Source of the DNA: Desulfobacterales bacterium
GTDB taxonomy: Bacteria > Desulfobacterota > Desulfobacteria > Desulfobacterales > UBA5852
DNA: 64,000 nt
NCBI GenBank assembly: GCA_963674755.2
Contig: CAXXVS010000002.1
Span: 2,208,001-2,272,000, forward strand
Reading direction: 5' to 3'
Positions 57,986-64,000 of this stretch are shown here, piece after piece. Both the position numbers and the translations under genes were made by a program. Below the pieces are notes generated by a model. That model saw only the letters and a list, made by a program, of their open reading frames with translations. It did not search any database and was not told where the DNA came from. Numbering within the stretch: position 1 is the stretch's first letter; each line of letters opens with the position of its first letter.

Positions 57986-59113
57986 ATGACGCATGCACAC
58001 GCCGGCGGGCATCCGGGGGGCCACCCCCACGGGGCGCCGTCCGACCTTAAAAAAGATCCCCGGGAATTCCCCCTGCGGCTGGTGGCCTGGGAAACCACCC
58101 GGGCCTGCAACCTGGCCTGTCAGCACTGCCGGGCCGCTGCCGCCGACCAAGTTTACGAAGGCGAACTCGACACCGCGGCCGCCTTCCGGCTCCTGGATCA
58201 AATCGCCGAGGTGGGGCAACCCATCGTCATCCTCACGGGCGGCGAGCCCCTTTTGCGGAAAGATATTTTCGACATCGCCCGCTACGGCACGGACAAGGGC
58301 CTGCGCATGGTGATGGCGCCCAACGGTACCCTCATCACGCCGGAGTATGCCCGGCGCATGGTGGATTCCGGCATCCAGCGCATCAGCGTCAGCCTGGACG
58401 GCGCCACCCGGGAAAAGCACGACAGCTTCCGCGGGGTTCCGGGAGCGTTCGACGGCGCCCTGCGGGGCATCGAATACGCGAAATCCGTAGGGCTGGAATT
58501 CCAGATCAATACCACCATCTCCAAACTCAATCTGGATCAGATCCCCAAGATCCAGGCGTTGGCCGTGGAACTGGGGGCCGTAGCCCACCACATTTTCCTG
58601 CTGGTGCCCACCGGACGGGGCAAATACATCATCGACCAGGAGATATCGGCGCGGGAATACGAGGAAACCCTCAACTGGTTCTACGACCAGCGCGGCAAGA
58701 CGCCCCTGCAGCTCAAGGCCACCTGTGCCCCCCACTACTACCGCATCCTGCGCCAGCGGGCCCGGGAGGAAGGCCAGTCCGTGACCTTCGACTCCCATGG
58801 GCTGGACGCGGTGACCCGGGGCTGCCTGGGCGGCACCGGCTTCTGCTTCATTTCCCACCGGGGGGTGGTGCAGCCCTGCGGATTCCTCCAGGTGGACAGC
58901 GGCAATGTCACCGAAACCTCCTTCGCCGAGATCTGGCGCGGCTCCAAGGTTTTTCTTGCACTCCGCAATTATGATGATTTAAAAGGAAAGTGCGGCGAGT
59001 GTGAATACAAGCGGGTTTGCGGCGGCTGCCGGGCCCGGGCTTTCGAGGCCAGCGGCGATTTTATGGCCGAAGAGCCGCTGTGCAGCTACCAGCCAGCGCC
59101 CCGACGCAAATAG
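57986..59113 (+). CDS. ahbD: Radical SAM heme b synthase
   Basis: His-rich N-terminus, LVAWETTRACNLACQHCRA, KATCAPHYYR and a SPASM CxxC...CGGCRARA. Confidence 0.92.
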   Translation: MTHAHAGGHPGGHPHGAPSDLKKDPREFPLRLVAWETTRACNLACQHCRAAAADQVYEGELDTAAAFRLLDQIAEVGQPIVILTGGEPLLRKDIFDIARYGTDKGLRMVMAPNGTLITPEYARRMVDSGIQRISVSLDGATREKHDSFRGVPGAFDGALRGIEYAKSVGLEFQINTTISKLNLDQIPKIQALAVELGAVAHHIFLLVPTGRGKYIIDQEISAREYEETLNWFYDQRGKTPLQLKATCAPHYYRILRQRAREEGQSVTFDSHGLDAVTRGCLGGTGFCFISHRGVVQPCGFLQVDSGNVTETSFAEIWRGSKVFLALRNYDDLKGKCGECEYKRVCGGCRARAFEASGDFMAEEPLCSYQPAPRRK

Positions 59114-59210
59114 CCCGACGGGGCGCCCCTCCTGAGATACCGGGTTGGCGGTAAGCAGCCTTTGCGCCACCGCCGCCAATCAACCCCCATCCAACCGGTC
59201 GAGGTGTATC

Positions 59211-59816
59211 ATGAAAATCGAAGAGCTCATGATCAGGGACCCGATTACCATTTCAGAAAACACCACCATCAGCGAGGCCATTGCCTGCATGAAGACCAAC
59301 TCCATCCGGCATCTGCCGGTGGTGGCCGAAGACGATACCCTGCGGGGCTTCGTCACCCTGGCCGATCTGAAGCAGGGGCTCATCCCCTCCATGGTGGGCG
59401 ATCTGTCCCTGAAGGACCTCATGATCAAAAAGCCCATCACCGTGGCCGCCGACCGTGACATCGAAATTGCCGCCCAGTTGATCTACAAGCACAAGATCGG
59501 CGGGCTGCCCGTGGTGGCGGACGGCAAGCTGGTGGGCATCATCACGGTGACGGATCTCCTGGGGGCCTTCATCAACATGATGGGCCTGTTGTCGGCCAGT
59601 TCGCGGGTGGATGTGGCTCTGGAAGACGGCCCCAAGGAACTCAAACGGGCCATCCAGGTGGTCAACGACGCCGGAGGAGATATCATCAACATCGCCATGA
59701 CGGCCCAGACGCCGGCCCAGCGGGTCTACTATTTCCGGCTGGCGGTCTGCGATACCCGCATCATCCGCCGGGCCTTGGAAAAGGCGGGTTTCCAGGTACT
59801 GGCCACCATGGACTAG
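59211..59816 (+). CDS. CBS-pair plus ACT-domain protein (AcuB-like)
   Basis: Two CBS repeats (IRHLPVV, IGGLPVV..GKLVGIIT) and a C-terminal ACT-like region; GAGGTG RBS. Confidence 0.85.
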   Translation: MKIEELMIRDPITISENTTISEAIACMKTNSIRHLPVVAEDDTLRGFVTLADLKQGLIPSMVGDLSLKDLMIKKPITVAADRDIEIAAQLIYKHKIGGLPVVADGKLVGIITVTDLLGAFINMMGLLSASSRVDVALEDGPKELKRAIQVVNDAGGDIINIAMTAQTPAQRVYYFRLAVCDTRIIRRALEKAGFQVLATMD

Positions 59817-59969
59817 AAGCAAGCTCAAAAACACGAAGAATTGCCGATCCAAATGAAGTGAATCCCCTCGTGTTCTTCGTGACCTTCGTGGTGCGTGCTG
59901 TTAGATTGGAAGCAACTTCAACTTTCCAGACCGCCGCACGCTCTAATGGCGGTTATGCGCTGAAACAGG

Positions 59970-60992
59970 CTACCCCCCGTAATACTCCCGATACCATTCG
60001 ATAAACCGGCCGATACCCGTCTCGATGGACGTGCTGGGCTGGAAGCCGGCATCCCGCACGAGGTCGTCCACATCGGCATAGGTGGCGGGCACGTCGCCCT
60101 GCTGCAAGGGCAGCATGGTCTTCCGGGCTTCCTTCCCCAGGGCCGCTTCGATGGCACCGATAAAGTCCATCAGCTGCACCGGGTTGTTGTTGCCGATGTT
60201 GTAGATCCGGTAGGGGGCGTAGGACGTCCCGGGATCGGGACGGTCCCCGCGCCAGGCCTCGTTGGGCACTGCCGGCCGGGCCATGACGCGCACCACCCCT
60301 TCCACGATATCGTCGATATAGGTAAAATCCCGCTGCATCTGACCGTGGTTGAAGACCTGGATGGGGCGGTCCTCCAGAATGGCCTTGGTGAACAGGAAAA
60401 GGGCCATGTCCGGACGTCCCCAGGGACCGTAGACCGTAAAAAAGCGCAGCCCCGTGCAGGGCAGGCCGAAGAGGTGGCTGTAGGTGTGGGCCATGAGTTC
60501 GTTGGCCTTTTTGGAGGCCGCGTACAGGGACACCGGGTGATCCACGTTGTCATGCACGGAGAAGGGCAATTTGGTGTTGGCCCCGTAGACCGAGCTGGAG
60601 GAGGCGAACACCAGGTGGCCCGTGGCATGATGACGGCAGCATTCCAGAAGATTGACGAAGCCCACGATGTTGGCGTCCACATAGGCGTGGGGATTTTTAA
60701 GGGAATAGCGCACGCCGGCCTGGGCCGCCAGGTTGACCACCACGTCAAAGGGTTTGCGGCTAAAAAGGTTGTCCATCGCGGCACGGTCGGCCAGATCGAT
60801 TTGCGCAAAGGTAAACCCCTCCCGGGCTTCCAGCTGTTTCAGGCGGTCGCGCTTCAGGTTGACGTCGTAGTAGTCGTTGAGGTTGTCCAGTCCCACCACC
60901 TGGACGCCGTTATCCAGCAGGCGCCGGGACAGGTGAAACCCGATGAAGCCGGCCGCTCCCGTAACGAGGACATGGTTGAAGGAATCGGTCAT
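59970..60992 (-). CDS. NAD-dependent epimerase, UDP-glucuronate 4-epimerase type
   Basis: [24 protein letters not shown] and [15 protein letters not shown] motifs. Confidence 0.93.
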   Translation of the reverse strand: MTDSFNHVLVTGAAGFIGFHLSRRLLDNGVQVVGLDNLNDYYDVNLKRDRLKQLEAREGFTFAQIDLADRAAMDNLFSRKPFDVVVNLAAQAGVRYSLKNPHAYVDANIVGFVNLLECCRHHATGHLVFASSSSVYGANTKLPFSVHDNVDHPVSLYAASKKANELMAHTYSHLFGLPCTGLRFFTVYGPWGRPDMALFLFTKAILEDRPIQVFNHGQMQRDFTYIDDIVEGVVRVMARPAVPNEAWRGDRPDPGTSYAPYRIYNIGNNNPVQLMDFIGAIEAALGKEARKTMLPLQQGDVPATYADVDDLVRDAGFQPSTSIETGIGRFIEWYREYYGG

Positions 60993-61024
60993 GAAGATCT
61001 CCTGTTGATGATCGTGGTTAGGGC

Positions 61025-61969
61025 CTATCGGCCCAGATACCAGTCATAGGTGCGCGCCAAACCCTCTTCGAAGCCCACTTCCGGGGCAAAACCCAGGTGC
61101 TGGCGGGCGGCCTCGATGGCGGCCACGGAATGCAAGATATCGCCCTCACGGGCCGCCTGGTATTCGGGTGCCAGGGCGATGCCGGCCAGCGCCGCCACGC
61201 TCTGCCACAGGCGGTTGACCGTGATCGTATGGCCCGTGCCGATGTTGAAGACCTGCCCCGCCGCATCCGTTTCCGTGGCCGCTTTCAAATTGGCGGCAAC
61301 GACATCCTGGACGTAGACGAAATCACGGGTCTGCTCGCCATCGCCGTAGATGGACGGTGCCCGGCCGGCCACGGCCCGGTCCATGAAAATGGAGATCACC
61401 CCCGAGTAGGGCGAGGAAGGATCCTGGCGCGGCCCGAAGACGTTGAAATAGCGCAAACAAACTGTTTCCAGCCCGTAAAGGGCGCCATAGAGGCCGGCAT
61501 AATATTCGCCGACCATTTTCTGGATGGCGTAAGGGCTAAGCGGCCGCAGCGTCATCTCTTCGCGCTTGGGCAGTTGCGGGTCGTCGCCGTAGACCGCGCT
61601 GGAACTGGCCAGCACCACCCGCCGGCAGCCGGCCTGCCGGGCGGTCTCCAGCACCGCCAGGGTGCCCATCTCGTTGACCTCGGCCGACGCCAGGGGCTGG
61701 GCCACGGAAAGGGGCACCGACACCACGGCGGCCTGGTGGAAGACCACCTCCACCCCGCCCATCAATTTCTTCAGCAAGTCACGGTCCCGGATATCGCCCT
61801 CATGGAAATCGAGTCCGGGACCAGTCCCTTGCAGATTTTCCCTGCGGCCGGTGGACAGGTTGTCGATCACGGTCACCCGGGCCCCCTGGCCGATAAGAGC
61901 CTCCACCAGATGGGAGCCGATGAATCCGGCTCCTCCGGTCACCAGGGCATGCGTAATGGGTTTTGTCAT
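61025..61969 (-). CDS. NAD-dependent epimerase/dehydratase (UDP-Glc/GlcNAc 4-epimerase-like SDR)
   Basis: [21 protein letters not shown] and [19 protein letters not shown] motifs. Confidence 0.92.
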   Translation of the reverse strand: MTKPITHALVTGGAGFIGSHLVEALIGQGARVTVIDNLSTGRRENLQGTGPGLDFHEGDIRDRDLLKKLMGGVEVVFHQAAVVSVPLSVAQPLASAEVNEMGTLAVLETARQAGCRRVVLASSSAVYGDDPQLPKREEMTLRPLSPYAIQKMVGEYYAGLYGALYGLETVCLRYFNVFGPRQDPSSPYSGVISIFMDRAVAGRAPSIYGDGEQTRDFVYVQDVVAANLKAATETDAAGQVFNIGTGHTITVNRLWQSVAALAGIALAPEYQAAREGDILHSVAAIEAARQHLGFAPEVGFEEGLARTYDWYLGR

Positions 61970-62263
61970 GGATGTTCTCACTGAATGGCGTTAGGTTCAG
62001 AAACCATAGAAGCGTATCGGGTAGCACGATTACGCCCAATTGGCAACTCAGGGATTCCGCCGCAGCGGCCGCCGGAGGACCGTCTCGTGATGGATTGACA
62101 CGGATCGGTTAGCGGCCTGTTAATCATCATCCCGCCCACCCTCCTGCGAGCCGTCTTGGGCTTGACTTTCGTTGCGAGTATTCCTACGCTTCTTGAGGAG
62201 TGAACGGTACCCGTTTTCATTCGTGCAAACCCTCGGACCGTTATCAACAGAGAATTCCAAGTT

Positions 62264-62497
62264 ATGGCATTCCACATTACGATCAAGCTGTTCGCCACCC
62301 TGCGGCCCTACGCGCCGGCCGACGCGGATCACTATGCCGTGGCGCCCGGCACCACCGTGGCCGATGTGGTGCGGAAGCTCGATATCCCGGTCAAAGATGC
62401 CAAGCTGATTTTTATCAATAACATCCGCCGGGAACTGGACACCCCCCTCCAGGACGGCGACCGGCTTGGCATCTTCCCCCCCGTAGGGGGCGGCTGA
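62264..62497 (+). CDS. MoaD/ThiS family sulfur-carrier protein
   Basis: Beta-grasp pattern KLFATLR...L.DGD...IFPPVGGG with a C-terminal di-glycine. Confidence 0.9.
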   Translation: MAFHITIKLFATLRPYAPADADHYAVAPGTTVADVVRKLDIPVKDAKLIFINNIRRELDTPLQDGDRLGIFPPVGGG

Positions 62498-62502
62498 CCG
62501 CC

Positions 62503-63360
62503 ATGCCGGATCTGCGCGCACACCTCGCCCGGGAAGCCACAGACCGCCGCCGACCGGACGGCACGATCTATCGCAGCCTGTCCACCGCAGCCGCGGGCCG
62601 GCTGGCCGGCGAGCTGAAGGCCGCCCTGCGTCACATCGAACGGACGGCCCTTGGAATGGGCATCCTTCCCGAGCGCTATGCCCGCAACATGACCACTTTA
62701 AGTCTGGAAGATCAGCAGCGCCTGCTGGGCTGTACAGCCTGCATCGTGGGCGTCGGCGGATTGGGCGGGCATGTCGCCGAAATCCTGGCCCGGCTCGGTG
62801 TGGGGCGGCTGCGGCTGGTGGACGGCGACCGCTTCGAAGACAGCAACCTCAACCGCCAGCGCTTTGCCGATATGGCAAGCCTGGGACAATCCAAGGTGGC
62901 CGCCGCCCGGGAACAAATCGCCGCCATCAACCCGGCGCTGGAGGTGGTCACGCTGGCCGAACGCCTTACGACCGACAACTGGCCGGCCCTCCTGGGAGAT
63001 GCGGATATCGCCCTGGATTGTCTCGACACCCTGCAGGCCCGCCGCGACTTGCAGGCCGCCTGCCGGAAGGCGAAGATCCCCATGGTGTCTGCGGCCGTGG
63101 CCGGCGTGAGTGGCCAGATCGCCGTAATCCATCCGCAGGACCAGGGACTGGCCGCGCTCTACGGCGATCTCGCCGCCGCACCCGACCGTGGTGCGGAAAC
63201 GACCCTCGGCAACCTGCCCTACGCCGTCACCATGTTGGCCAGCCTGGAATGCAGCGAGGCGGTAAAAACCCTTCTGGGAAGAGATTCCACCCTGCACGGC
63301 GGCCTGCTGATCTTCGATCTGGAGGATTTATCTTTCGAGGTCATCCGGTTGGAAGGATAA
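62503..63360 (+). CDS. HesA/MoeB/ThiF family adenylyltransferase with N-terminal extension
   Basis: ERYARN, VGVGGLG, D.D.FE.SNLNRQ and DCLD motifs; 5 bp downstream of the ThiS gene. Confidence 0.9.
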   Translation: MPDLRAHLAREATDRRRPDGTIYRSLSTAAAGRLAGELKAALRHIERTALGMGILPERYARNMTTLSLEDQQRLLGCTACIVGVGGLGGHVAEILARLGVGRLRLVDGDRFEDSNLNRQRFADMASLGQSKVAAAREQIAAINPALEVVTLAERLTTDNWPALLGDADIALDCLDTLQARRDLQAACRKAKIPMVSAAVAGVSGQIAVIHPQDQGLAALYGDLAAAPDRGAETTLGNLPYAVTMLASLECSEAVKTLLGRDSTLHGGLLIFDLEDLSFEVIRLEG

Positions 63361-63365
63361 GTCAA

Positions 63366-63508
63366 CGGTTTCGTAAAACGTTCGATATCGGCGTTACGCA
63401 TTCCCCACCTCACTGCGCCGAATAATTAGATACGCACCCTTCAGGTTTCTCATTAGCGGGCATTTCTCAGGAATTGCAAACCTTGATCTCGAACGTTTTA
63501 CGAAACCG
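63366..63508 (-). repeat. Palindromic MITE/REP-like element type C
   Basis: Perfect 20-bp terminal inverted repeat CGGTTTCGTAAAACGTTCGA / TCGAACGTTTTACGAAACCG. Confidence 0.85.
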
Positions 63509-63529
63509 CCTAATTTGAGATAAGTTATC

Positions 63530-63672
63530 GTGTCCGTCCAGAGGTGGTAGATTTTGGTTTCTGGCAAGGCCGCAGCCGACGGGCGCCCACAGGCGTAGCC
63601 CGGCTACGCCGAGGACCGACAGGAGGCGAGAACGCCGCCAGGGGCCAAAAGATGCCACCTCTGGGCGGACAC
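63530..63672 (+). repeat. Palindromic MITE/REP-like element type B, copy 2
   Basis: Arms GTGTCCGTCCAGAGGTGGTAGATTTTGG / CCAAAAGATGCCACCTCTGGGCGGACAC; abuts the TAG stop of the next gene. Confidence 0.85.
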
Positions 63673-64000
63673 TAGGATAGGTTGGCGGCCATGCAGGCCG
63701 CGCCGAGGGCGCCGTTCTCCTGGGCATAGGCCGACACCTCGATGGGGTAGCCCAGTTTGGCTTCCAGGGCCCTGACCACGCCGATATTGTGCGCCACCCC
63801 ACCGGTCATCATGACCGGTTCCGTCACCCCCACCCGGTTGGCCATGGCCGCCACCCGGGCGGCCACCGACTCATGGATGCCGGCGATGATGTCGGCCCGG
63901 CGGGCCCCCTTGGAGATCAGGGAAATCACTTCGGATTCGGCGAACACGGTGCACAGGCTGCTGATGCGGGCCGGATTTTCGGCGGTCAGCGACATGGCCC
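63672..64000 (-). CDS. 2-hydroxyacyl-CoA dehydratase activase (BadF/BadG/BcrA/BcrD ATPase family), 3' part
   Basis: ISSLCTVFAESEVISL, AGIH.SVA, TGGVA.N.G and Q..GALGAA motifs; runs off the window. Confidence 0.88.
   Translation of the reverse strand, partial: AMSLTAENPARISSLCTVFAESEVISLISKGARRADIIAGIHESVAARVAAMANRVGVTEPVMMTGGVAHNIGVVRALEAKLGYPIEVSAYAQENGALGAACMAANLS

Noticed and set aside
54823..58858. Minus-strand ORFs of 347, 355 and 298 aa
   Set aside because: Shadows of ahbC, hemB and ahbD.
62000..62260. Moco/tungsten riboswitch upstream of the MoaD/ThiS gene
   Set aside because: Some hairpin potential but no recognisable consensus; unsupported without a covariance search.
1..64000. 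CRISPR array, tRNA, rRNA, prophage or integron integrase
   Set aside because: No regularly spaced repeats, no recognisable structural RNA genes and no phage or tyrosine-recombinase ORFs were seen by eye.

Overview
GC-rich bacterial chromosome segment, most consistent with a sulfate-reducing Desulfobacterota member (inferred from the Ahb heme pathway, multiheme cytochrome, Kor-type oxidoreductase and typical intergenic palindromes). Bases 1-20.3 kb are a partly decayed, sigma54/PrpR-type regulated carboxylate-catabolism island. It contains an aconitase/LeuC-like gene, HD protein, 2-hydroxyacid dehydrogenase, MmgE/PrpD, an ISKra4 relic, a lactonase, a PrpB-like pseudogene, a four-subunit 2-oxoacid:ferredoxin oxidoreductase, CitF, a CitD-CitE fusion lacking the carrier serine, a SucCD-like ligase with a ferredoxin tail, PrpF and PrpR. 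Bases 20.4-48 kb are accessory genes: a polar amino-acid ABC transporter, an orphan ablB-like gene, PilZ, duplicated GNATs, fosX directly behind an attC-like site, secreted proteins and c-di-GMP/two-component signalling. Bases 48-64 kb are largely core (lepA, leuCD, ClpX-like ATPase, ahbC-hemB-ahbD, epimerases, ThiS/ThiF) with several palindromic repeat families. The strongest hidden signal is at 44790-46139. Two ORFs that the track calls separately form one 449-aa exported protein with 11 CxxCH heme motifs. They are joined by an in-frame UGA (GEG-U-GG) followed by a SECIS-like hairpin, which makes a candidate selenocysteine multiheme cytochrome, apparently co-transcribed with an exported rhodanese. 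No CRISPR array, rRNA or tRNA was recognised. All family assignments are by eye from motifs, not database searches.
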